Below are positions 1-8,900 of a DNA stretch of 64,000 nt, in pieces. The position numbers and the translations under genes were made by a program. The notes under the pieces were generated by a model. It searched no databases and was not told the origin of the DNA. It worked only from the letters and a program-made list of their open reading frames with translations. The stretch comes from Nannocystales bacterium (lineage in GTDB: Bacteria; Myxococcota_A; Polyangia; Nannocystales; Nannocystaceae). The DNA lies in NCBI GenBank assembly GCA_050633305.1, contig JBOEGF010000024.1:373702-437701 (forward strand), read 5' to 3'. The stretch's first letter is position 1. Every line of letters starts with the position of its first letter.

Positions 1-147
1 GCCGGTTTGGCGGCTCTGGATCGGCTGAGCGGAGAGCCCTCGGGGACAGCGCGGGTCGAAGCGATGGCTTCAGACTATGCTGGACGTCTCGAAGCGCTGG
101 GCAGCGTGCCCGGAACCGTTACGGGTCCGCAAGGAAACCAGGGATGA
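1..147 (+). CDS. 3' end of a CDS truncated by the window edge (hypothetical)
   Basis: Frame 1 is open from base 1 (AGLAALDRLSGEP...PQGNQG*) and its TGA overlaps the next ATG (ATGA, 144-147). Confidence 0.6.
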   Translation, partial: AGLAALDRLSGEPSGTARVEAMASDYAGRLEALGSVPGTVTGPQGNQG

Positions 148-734
148 GCATGAAGTTCGGTCGAAGCAAGGTCGCCATCGTGGCGGTGGTCGTCGGGCTG
201 AGTGCACTGACCGGGTGCGATGAGAGCTCGCCGGAAGCTGGAGCCGGAATGAGAGCGGGGTCGGCGGAGCCTGTCCTCGGTGAGGCGGAACAGGCCGCGC
301 CCGATGCTCGGCTGCAGACGCACGAGATCGTCGCGAGTACGCCGACGACCGCGGGACTTGCGTACATTCAAGCGGTGGCGGCAGCCCATCGCGAGGCCGA
401 CACGCAGCAGGGTGATGCTCGCATGGCCGCGCTCGAGGCCGCGCTGGACCTGCCCGTGCCCTCCGGGTTACCCGAGGCGGAGATCTTACGGCTCGAGGTG
501 GCGTCCCGGATCGCATCCGAATGGATCGATCGCGGCAGTGCCGACAAAGCTCGAGCGCTCTTGGTACCCATGCTTGAACCAGCACGCTCGGTTCCACTGG
601 ATCGGTCCAGTGCCGAAGCGTTGGTCTTGCTCGGTGACGCGGCGACGCGAACCGGCGATGATGCGCTGGCTGCTGGCTCCTACGCCCGCTCGATTCGGAT
701 GATGTCGATTCTGCGACAGGAGATCGAACGATGA
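144..734 (+). CDS. Lipoprotein with a helical/TPR-like C-terminal region
   Basis: Signal peptide with lipobox LTGC; Ala/Leu-rich helical repeats (AEALVLLGDAA...AAGSYARSI); ATGA overlaps at both ends. Confidence 0.75.
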   Translation: MSMKFGRSKVAIVAVVVGLSALTGCDESSPEAGAGMRAGSAEPVLGEAEQAAPDARLQTHEIVASTPTTAGLAYIQAVAAAHREADTQQGDARMAALEAALDLPVPSGLPEAEILRLEVASRIASEWIDRGSADKARALLVPMLEPARSVPLDRSSAEALVLLGDAATRTGDDALAAGSYARSIRMMSILRQEIER

Positions 735-1237
735 CCCTGCCAAGCCTTCCCCGAACCACACTCGCTGGGATGCTGTGGCTCGCGGGTTCTATTGCAACCG
801 GCTGTGGCCCAATCGCCGGTGGCAGCACGGTCACCCCCGGCGGTCGAATCCCGGGGACCCGCGAGGGGCCCGCCCCGGTCGGGACTCAGGAGGGAGACAG
901 TGTTCCCGAGCTGGAGAAACGTCTCGAGCGTTTGTCGGGGGAACAGGCGGCGCGCATGGACGACGCGATGACCGACACCCAGGCGTGTCACGACTTGTGC
1001 AGCCTTTCGTCGAGCATCTGCGAGGTTGAGGTGAAGCTCTGCGACATCGCCGACCGGCACCCGCAAGAGAGCGGGTTCCAAGAGCTATGCCGAGAGGCAC
1101 AGCAGGAATGCCGCCAGGCCGAACTCAGCTGTGCCGACTGCGTCGGTGAGCACACCGACAACAACATGACACCCCAGCCCCCGGCCGATCCTCCCGTCGC
1201 TGCGCCGACCCCTACCGAGCCCGCTACAGCCTCGTGA
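731..1237 (+). CDS. Cys-rich lipoprotein (hypothetical)
   Basis: Lipobox ATGC; eight further Cys in a helical pattern (CHDLC...IC...LC...LC...EC...SCADC); Pro-rich tail. Confidence 0.75.
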   Translation: MTLPSLPRTTLAGMLWLAGSIATGCGPIAGGSTVTPGGRIPGTREGPAPVGTQEGDSVPELEKRLERLSGEQAARMDDAMTDTQACHDLCSLSSSICEVEVKLCDIADRHPQESGFQELCREAQQECRQAELSCADCVGEHTDNNMTPQPPADPPVAAPTPTEPATAS

Positions 1238-1271
1238 CGCTCGCGGCGACTGGCCCCGAACGCCGTCGGGA

Positions 1272-1895
1272 CTAGCAGGCGCCGAAGTCGGGGGCGTCCT
1301 GGCAGTCTCGTGCGGGGTCTCCCGGGGGGCGGGCGCCCTCGCTGCAGCTGAGCACGTACTCGTGGTCTCCGCCGTTGCAGCTGAACTTGATGACCGTCTC
1401 GCCGGCTCGTAGCGCGGCGAAGTCATCGGCGGTCAGCACGACCTCGTGGCAGTGCCCCGATGCTCCGCTGGCGTCGTAGCTGGCCTCCACGCCCGCATCG
1501 ATGTCGGCGAGCGGGATCTCGAGCACGTGTCCGTGGTTGTTCGAGATCACGGCCGCGACGATGCCCTCGACGCAGACGCTCGCTTCGCCGCCCGTGCTCG
1601 AGCCTGAGGAACTGCCGCCCTCGCCGCCGGAGCTCGAGCCGGTGTCCGCGCCGCCGGAGCTGCTGCTCCCACCTTCTGAGGTCGTGGCGTCGGTGGGGTC
1701 GGTCGTTCCCGAAGTCGTGGTGCCGGGGTCCGTGGTGCCGGTCCCCGGGTCGGTCGAGCCGGTGGGGTCGGTGGTCGCATCCGTATCGGTGTCGTTGCCG
1801 TCGGAGTCGTCGCTGTCGCAGCCGACTGCCAAGGCGGCGAGTCCGCATGAGAGCTGTAGAAGGAAGGTCTGTCGAGTAAGCGTACGGTCAGTCAT
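1272..1895 (-). CDS. Lipoprotein with a Tat-like signal and a His-rich putative metal-binding domain
   Basis: MTDRTLTRQTFLL...AVGC (degenerate Tat-like signal plus lipobox), S/T/G linker, then NHGH...GHCH...DHE. The 399-aa ORF track entry is over-extended; the start is placed at ATG 1895. Confidence 0.75.
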   Translation of the reverse strand: MTDRTLTRQTFLLQLSCGLAALAVGCDSDDSDGNDTDTDATTDPTGSTDPGTGTTDPGTTTSGTTDPTDATTSEGGSSSSGGADTGSSSGGEGGSSSGSSTGGEASVCVEGIVAAVISNNHGHVLEIPLADIDAGVEASYDASGASGHCHEVVLTADDFAALRAGETVIKFSCNGGDHEYVLSCSEGARPPGDPARDCQDAPDFGAC

Positions 1896-2048
1896 CGTCC
1901 CTGGGCGGACGCTAGCACTCAGGTGGGTCGGTTCGAGGGGCCCCCCAGGGCTCTGTTGGTACCGGAGACCACGTCCGTTGCGCTGTCTCGCCCATGCGGC
2001 AGTCCGGACCCGATTCCCGCGCGAACGGTGCGCGAAAACGAGCAAGCC

Positions 2049-2083
2049 TTGACATGCCTGTCTGGGTGCGACAACTTGTCGCA
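2049..2083 (+). promoter_or_regulatory. Sigma70-type promoter with a palindromic operator over the -10 box (probably leaderless)
   Basis: TTGACA (2049-2054), 17 bp spacer, CAACTT (2072-2077); perfect inverted repeat TGCGACAA-C-TTGTCGCA (2067-2083) ending on the A of ATG 2083. Confidence 0.6.
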
Positions 2084-2490
2084 TGATGCGGGCAGCACCC
2101 GAACGAGGCCGAACCGGGCTGGCGCTGGTCGCCGCTTTGGTCTCGCTCATGCTGCTTGCAAGCGCCGGTTGGTCGGGCTCCTTGGCGTGTGCCATGGACC
2201 GCTCGTCCGAGCGTGCCTGCCCGTGTGAAGGGGAGGGGGCTGGCTCGGAGGGGCCACCCGCTGCGAGTGCACACCGGCCGAGTTGCTGCGCGTCCGAGGA
2301 CCCCTCGGATGTGTCGGTGACTGGTGTGCTCGGGGATTCGTCCGAGCCGTCGGGTGCGGAACTCGGCCAACGGAACCCCACGCTGAGACCGTTCTGCTCG
2401 CCGTGTTTGAGCCCGCCGCAACGCGGCACGAGCCGAGGCCCGCCGACGTTGCTGCGGGTCTTCCTGCGCAATCAGGCGCTGCTGATCTGA
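2083..2490 (+). CDS. Small Cys-rich exported leader protein with an RGPP motif (DUF2946/CzcI-like architecture)
   Basis: N-terminal hydrophobic helix; CPC, CC and CSPC motifs; SRGPP near the C-terminus; first gene upstream of a heavy-metal RND operon. Confidence 0.65.
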   Translation: MMRAAPERGRTGLALVAALVSLMLLASAGWSGSLACAMDRSSERACPCEGEGAGSEGPPAASAHRPSCCASEDPSDVSVTGVLGDSSEPSGAELGQRNPTLRPFCSPCLSPPQRGTSRGPPTLLRVFLRNQALLI

Positions 2491-2575
2491 GGGGCGTCGT
2501 CGCCGATCTTCGCGACCGCGACGACACGCTGTCGTCTGCGCCCTCACGTCTTCTCGTGTCACCCAAGGACTCCCC

Positions 2576-3991
2576 ATGATCTTCTTTGGCCGCAGCAGCG
2601 GTCTGTCCATCCGCGTCTGCCTCGCGCTGAGCTTGCCCGCGTGCGCATCGTCGTCGCCACAACAGAACCGCGACCTTCGCAGCGTCGAAGAGACGCTCTC
2701 CGACCCAGTGTCCCAAGAGGACACCGCGGCGCCTGCCGGAGAGTTCGACGGAACGCTCGGCGGGTATGTTGCGTACGCCTACGCCCACAGCCCCGCGCTC
2801 CGGGCGAGCTTTGAGACCTGGCGCGCGGCGACGTTTCGCCCGGACCAGGAACGTCGGCTGCCGGAGCCGACCATCTCCTACGCCGTGTTTGTGCGGAGCG
2901 TGGAGACCCGCGTCGGTCCACAGCGCCACCGATTCGGAGCCTCGCAGTGGTTCCCGTGGCCAACGACGCTGCGGGCTGGGAGCGAGGCGGCCGGGCTCGA
3001 AGCCCAGGCGGCCCAGCGCAGGTTCGAGAGCCACGCCCTCGTGATCGCGGCGGAGGTGTCGGTGGCCTACTGGACGTTGTGGCGTCTTCGTCGACAGGGC
3101 GAGGTGCTCCGCGACGAGATCGACGTGTTGCAGAGCCTCTCTGAACAGGTTCAGGGTCGACTCGCCGTGGGTGCGGCCGAGCTTTCGGACCTCGCCCAGA
3201 TCGACCTGGTGGGCTCTCGAGCGCGGGACCGGCACGCGAGCGTGCTGCAGCATCAACGCGTTGCGAGTGTGCAGCTCGTACGGGTGCTCGGCGCCCCCTA
3301 CGACACCGTGACGCCGGTCAGCCCCCGAGAACCCGAAGTTGCTGGCTTGGCCGAGACGTCCCAGGAGCTGCGCACGGCAGCGGGCGAGCATCCGGACGTG
3401 CAGACGCTGGCTACCCTCTCCGACGCCGCCGGGCACCGGGAGCGTGAAGCCCGGGCGGAGCGAGCCCCGAGCTTTGGCGTGGGTGTCGACTGGATCCTCA
3501 CCGGGGAGGCGCCCGCCCATCTGGGCTCCGTGGACAGCGGAAAGGACGCGGTCGCACTTTCGCTTTCGATGAAGGTGCCGCTGTGGTCGCGGGCCTACAA
3601 AGCCGGCGCGTCCGAGGCTCGAGCTCGCGGAGCCGCGCTGCGCTCGCGAGCGCTTGACGCTCGCAACGGCGTGGCGGCCCAAGTTGGCGAACACGCGGCG
3701 TTGGTCGAGGATGCCGTTCGCCGGGTCGAGGCCTACGGCAGCACGCTCATCCCCCAGGCTCAGACCGCGTTCGAGTCGGTCTTGGCCAGCTTCACCTCCG
3801 GCCGGGCGACCGTGGCCGAGCTGTTGATTGCCGAGCAGGCGCTGTTGGGCCTTCGTGCGGAACGGTTCGCCGCGCAGGCCGACTACGGCACACACCTGGC
3901 CCAGCTGGAGCGCGCCGTCGGGCGTCCGGTCCGCAGATCCCGTCCAAACTCTCTACCCGACAAGGCGGCTTTCGATGACGACCCACGCTGA
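2576..3991 (+). CDS. cusC: TolC/CusC-family outer-membrane efflux lipoprotein
   Basis: Lipobox LPAC; OEP-like repeats (SQWFPWP, LSMKVPLW, C-terminal LAQLERAVG); lies upstream of the adaptor and RND permease genes. Confidence 0.85.
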   Translation: MIFFGRSSGLSIRVCLALSLPACASSSPQQNRDLRSVEETLSDPVSQEDTAAPAGEFDGTLGGYVAYAYAHSPALRASFETWRAATFRPDQERRLPEPTISYAVFVRSVETRVGPQRHRFGASQWFPWPTTLRAGSEAAGLEAQAAQRRFESHALVIAAEVSVAYWTLWRLRRQGEVLRDEIDVLQSLSEQVQGRLAVGAAELSDLAQIDLVGSRARDRHASVLQHQRVASVQLVRVLGAPYDTVTPVSPREPEVAGLAETSQELRTAAGEHPDVQTLATLSDAAGHREREARAERAPSFGVGVDWILTGEAPAHLGSVDSGKDAVALSLSMKVPLWSRAYKAGASEARARGAALRSRALDARNGVAAQVGEHAALVEDAVRRVEAYGSTLIPQAQTAFESVLASFTSGRATVAELLIAEQALLGLRAERFAAQADYGTHLAQLERAVGRPVRRSRPNSLPDKAAFDDDPR

Positions 3992-5924
3992 TGCTGAACG
4001 CTCGGATGACGAGGAGAATCCGCAGGGCCAAGGGGGTGCTTCCGGCCTGACGCCGGAGGCCTTGCCAACACTGAGCCCGCGAGACTCGGCCGGGCCGGGT
4101 GGGGTGCAGCGTGCGGTGCTGTTGGTGGTGGCAGGGTTCTTCCTGGGCGCCGGAGTTCTGGTGCTGCTCTCTGCTGGTGCGGCGCAGACCGCCGGCGTCC
4201 ACGCCCATGACGATGCGTCCGAGGGCGAGACGACCTGGACATGCGCGATGGATACTCAGGTTCGGCAACCCGAGCCTGGGCCGTGCCCGATCTGCGGAAT
4301 GGACATGATCCCGTTGTCGAGCGACGCCGACAAACCCGGCGAGCGCATCGTGCTTTCACAACGGGCGCAGGTGCTCTCGAAACTCACGACGGCTACGGTC
4401 CGTCGGCAGGCCCACGCGACCGCCGACCTGCGCCTGTTGGGGCGCATCGAGCCCAACGAGGCTTCCCTCAAGACCGTCACCGCCTGGATCGGTGGACGCA
4501 TCGACAACCTGCGGGTGAAAGAGACCGGGAAGCGTGTCCGTAAAGGTCAGGTCATCGCGACACTGTACAGTCCCGAGGTCTTTGCGGCCCATCAGGACCT
4601 GCTCGTTGCGAAGCGGCAGGTCGAGCGGATGCGTGATAGCCCACCGACGTCGCGTTGGGCTGCCGATGCCGCCCTCGATGCGTCCCGGGAGAAACTCGGG
4701 CTGCTCGGTGTCCCCGATGCCGAGGTCACGCGGATGGAAGGCCAGAAAAAGCCGACCCGCGCGGTGGCAATCCGCTCTCCGTTCTCGGGCACGGTGATCG
4801 AGCGCATCGCCACCGAGGGCGCGTACATCACGACCGGGGCGTCTTTGTATCGCATCGCCAACCTCAACTCGCTTTGGGTCCAGCTCGACGCGTACGAGAG
4901 CGACCTCGCCCGACTCTCGCTGGGGCAGACCGTCCTCGTCTCGGTCGAGGCGGTTCCCGACGAGGTGTTCGAGGGGACGGTCACGTTCATCGACCCGATC
5001 CTCGACCCCAAGCGCCGTACTGCGCGGGTTCGCGTTCAGCTCGAGAACCGTGATGGCCGTCTGCGGCCCGGCATGTTCGCCGAGGCCACGGTCGCGACGA
5101 AACAGCCCGAGGGCTCGCCCACACCCTTGGTCGTCCCCTCGACCGCGCCGCTGTTCACCGGGCGGCGCGCGGTCGTCTACGTGGAAGTGGACGCCGGCGA
5201 CCGTGTTGCTTACGAAGCTCGGACCGTTCGGCTTGGCCCGAGGCTCGGCAAGGTCTACCCCGTCGTGGCGGGCCTCTCCGAAGGCGAAAGAGTTGTGACG
5301 CGCGGCGCCTTCGCGTTGGATGCCGACCTCCAGATCCGGGGTGGGGCGAGCATGATGACCTCGGCCGACGACCACGAAGTCGGGGTCTGGGACCGCATCG
5401 TCGAGCTCTCCGATGAGCAGCGAAAGGGGCTTGCCCCCGTGGTCTCCGCGTACCTGGACGCCCAGGTGGCGCTGGCCGACGACGATCTGGAGGGCGCCAA
5501 GACCTCGGCATCGGCGCTGATCGATGCGGTCGTCGCGGTGGAGATGTCTCGGCCCACCGAGGCCAAGGACGCGTGGTCGGAGAACTCGGTCGCGCTGCGG
5601 GGTCACGGACAACACGTCTCCAAAGCCGAGACGCTCGAGGATGCCCGGGCGGGGTTCGAGCCGTTGAGCGAAGCGGTCATTCGGTTGCTCGGGCGATTCG
5701 GGAACCCGCTCGAGGCGGCGGTCCGCCTCGCCCACTGTCCGATGGCGTCGCGGAACGAAGGGGCGCTGTGGTTGCAACAGGGGGCCGTCGTCGACAACCC
5801 TTACTTCGGAGCATCGATGCTGGACTGCGGTGAGATCCGCAAGGAGGTCGCCCCTGGCGCATACCTGAGGCCCCCTTCGACCAGGCCGCTACGCACTGCG
5901 GGCGGGGGAGGGCACCAGCATTGA
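3975..5924 (+). CDS. cusB: CusB-like RND periplasmic adaptor with a heavy-metal-binding motif and a DUF3347-like C-terminal domain
   Basis: WTCAMD...PGPCPICGMDM motif, LYSPE, LRPGMFA, and C-terminal HCPMA...WLQ...NPYFGASMLDCG; start at ATG 3975. Confidence 0.9.
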   Translation: MTTHADAERSDDEENPQGQGGASGLTPEALPTLSPRDSAGPGGVQRAVLLVVAGFFLGAGVLVLLSAGAAQTAGVHAHDDASEGETTWTCAMDTQVRQPEPGPCPICGMDMIPLSSDADKPGERIVLSQRAQVLSKLTTATVRRQAHATADLRLLGRIEPNEASLKTVTAWIGGRIDNLRVKETGKRVRKGQVIATLYSPEVFAAHQDLLVAKRQVERMRDSPPTSRWAADAALDASREKLGLLGVPDAEVTRMEGQKKPTRAVAIRSPFSGTVIERIATEGAYITTGASLYRIANLNSLWVQLDAYESDLARLSLGQTVLVSVEAVPDEVFEGTVTFIDPILDPKRRTARVRVQLENRDGRLRPGMFAEATVATKQPEGSPTPLVVPSTAPLFTGRRAVVYVEVDAGDRVAYEARTVRLGPRLGKVYPVVAGLSEGERVVTRGAFALDADLQIRGGASMMTSADDHEVGVWDRIVELSDEQRKGLAPVVSAYLDAQVALADDDLEGAKTSASALIDAVVAVEMSRPTEAKDAWSENSVALRGHGQHVSKAETLEDARAGFEPLSEAVIRLLGRFGNPLEAAVRLAHCPMASRNEGALWLQQGAVVDNPYFGASMLDCGEIRKEVAPGAYLRPPSTRPLRTAGGGGHQH

Positions 5925-8900
5925 CCTCTGCACCGCCGCCCGGCGACGACGCGCCCCAGGGCTTGTGGGAGGCGATCATCGGCTGGTTCATCGAGAACAA
6001 GCTGATCGCGTTTGTGCTGGCGACAATGCTCGTCGCTGGCGGCATCTACGTGGCGCCGTTTTCCTTCGAGAGTGGCTCGATTCCGCGGGATCCGGTTCCG
6101 GTCGATGCCATCCCGGACATCGGGGAGAACCAACAGATCGTCTTCACCGCGTGGGAGGGACGATCGCCGCGAGACATCGAAGACCAGGTCTCGTATCCGT
6201 TGACGACCGCGTTGCTGGGCATCCCCGGGGTGCGCACCGTCCGGAGTTCGTCGGCGTTTGGCTTCTCTACGATCTCGGTGATCTTTGGCGACGAGGTCGA
6301 GTTCTACTGGTCGCGGTCGCGGGTGCTGGAGAAGCTGGCCTCGCTGCCGCCAGGGACCGTGCCCGAGGGCGTCACGCCGACGCTCGGCCCCGACGCAACC
6401 GCCTTGGGGCAGATCTTCTGGTACACGCTCGAAGGCCAAGACCCGCAGGGGAGAACGGTCGGAGGTTGGGACCCGGACGAGCTCCGAAGTATCCAGGATT
6501 GGACCGTTCGGTACGCGCTGCAGGCCGTCGAAGGCGTCAGCGAAGTGGCCTCGGTCGGCGGGTTTGTGCGGGAGTACCAGGTCGACGTCGACCCCGAGGC
6601 GATGCGGGCCCACGGGGTCACGCTCGCCCAGGTCGCGGGTGCTGTGCGCAACAGCAACCTCGATGTGGGGGCCCGGACGCTCGAGATCAACGGCGCCGAG
6701 TACATGGTGCGGGGGCTCGGGTTCCTCGAGAACATCGAAGACCTGGAGGCGACCGTCGTGGTGGCCCGCGAGCACACCCCGATCCGGGTTCGAGACGTGG
6801 GGCGGGTTTCGATGGGGCCTGGACTGCGCCGCGGAGCGCTCGACGACGAGGGCGCTCCTGCTGTGGGGGGCGTGGTCGTGGCGCGCTACATGGAGAATCC
6901 GTTGGCGGTGATCTCGGCGGTCAAGGAGAAGGTCGAGCAGATTCAAGCTGGGCTTCCCAGTCGCACCCTCGAAGACGGCACGGTCAGTCAGGTCACCGTC
7001 GTCCCGTTCTACGACCGGACCACGCTGATCGAGGAGACGCTGGGCACGCTGTCGACCGCACTCTTTCAGGAGGTCCTCATCACGATCATTGTGGTGCTGG
7101 TCATGCTTCGGAACATGCGGAGCTCGATGCTCATCTCGCTCATGCTGCCGTTGGGCGTCCTCGCCGCGTTCGTCGCGATGAAGCTCTGGGGCGTGGACGC
7201 CAACATCATGGCGCTGGGCGGGATCGCGATCGCCATCGGGACGATGGTCGACATCGGCATCGTCTTCGTCGAGAACATCAGCCAGCACTTGCAGGAAGCT
7301 CCTGCCGGCGCATCGAGGGCGGCCGTGGTGCGTCGGGCGACGGCCGAGGTCGCGCCCGCAGTGGTCACTTCGGTGCTCACGACGGTCGTCAGCTTTCTAC
7401 CGGTCTTCGGCCTCTCCTCCACCGAGCTGCGGCTGTTCGGCCCGCTCGCGTTCACGAAGACGTTTGCGATGGGCGGGGTTCTCCTGCTCGCATTGCTCGT
7501 GCTTCCCGGCGCCGCGCTGGTCGTGTTTCGAGAGCGCCCGGCCGCACCGAAGACGTCCCGCACGGGGCTCCACCGGGTCGCGCGGTCGCTGTTTCGTGCC
7601 GAGCACGCGCGAGATTGGGTCCTGCTGGGGCTCGGGGCGCTGCTGCTTCCGTATTCGTTGTTGGGGGGCGCGTTCGTCCTCGGGCTCGGTGTCTACCGTC
7701 TCGTGCGGCCGCTGCTGAGTCTTGGCGTGAACCGCAGCGTGACCGTGGCCGAGAACGTGCTGGCGATCATCGCGGTGACGCTCCTGCTCGCGGAGAACTG
7801 GATGCCGCTGGGGGGTGGACAGAGCCTCGCGCTCAACGGCGTGTTCGTCGGGGCCCTCATCGCGTTGGTGATGGGCACGTTCCGGTTGTTCGAGTCGGCG
7901 TATCCAAGGCTGTTGTGGTCGATCCTTCGTAACAAGGCGTTGTTCTTGATGCTCCCCGCGTCCGTGGTGTTGTTTGGCACCACCGCTTGGCTGGGATTCG
8001 ACACCGTCTTCGGCCCGCTTGCCGGGCAGGTCCGCACCGTGCAACCGGTGTCGAAGGTCAGGCACGCGTTCCCGGGGCTTGGGCGCGAATACATGCCGCC
8101 CTTCGACGAGGGGTCGTTCCTGTTCATGCCCTCGACGATGCCGCATGCGTCGATGGGCGAGGTCCTGGAGATGCTCTCGGCGATCGATGCCGCGATCGCC
8201 CAGATCCCCGAGGTCGACCGGGTGGTGGGGAAGGCGGGGCGCGCCGACACGGCGCTCGACCCGGCGCCGCTGTCGATGTTCGAGACCGTCGTCACCTACG
8301 TTCCGGAGTATGCGGTGGCGCCCGATGGGTCTCGCGTTCGGCAGTGGCGTGACCACATTCGGACGCCCGCGGACATCTGGACCGAACTCGTCGCAGCCGC
8401 AGAGCGTCCCGGGGTCACCAGCGCGCCGACGCTCATGCCGATCGGCGCACGAATCGTGATGTTGCAGAGCGGGATGCGGGCGCCGATCGGGATCAAGGTT
8501 CACGGCCCCACGCTCGAGGCGATCGAGGTGTTTGGCCTCCGTCTCGAGGAGGTGCTCAAAGGCGTGCCCGCGGTCCGCTCGGACACCGTGTTCGCGGACC
8601 GGGTGGTCGGAAAACCCTACCTGGAGATCGAGCTCGACCGGGAGGCCATCGGACGATTCGGACTCACGATCGTCGACGTGCAGAACGTCCTGCAGGTGGC
8701 GCTGGGCGGCATGACGCTGACCCGCACCGTGGAGGGGCGAGAGCGGTATCCGGTCCGGGTCCGCTACATGAGGGAGGAGCGCGACAACCTCGAGGCCCTC
8801 GACCGCGTGTTCGTCCCGACGCCGGGCGGGGAACAGGTTCCTCTGGCCCAACTCGCCGACATCCAATACGTGCGCGGCCCTCAGGTGATCAAGGCGGAGG

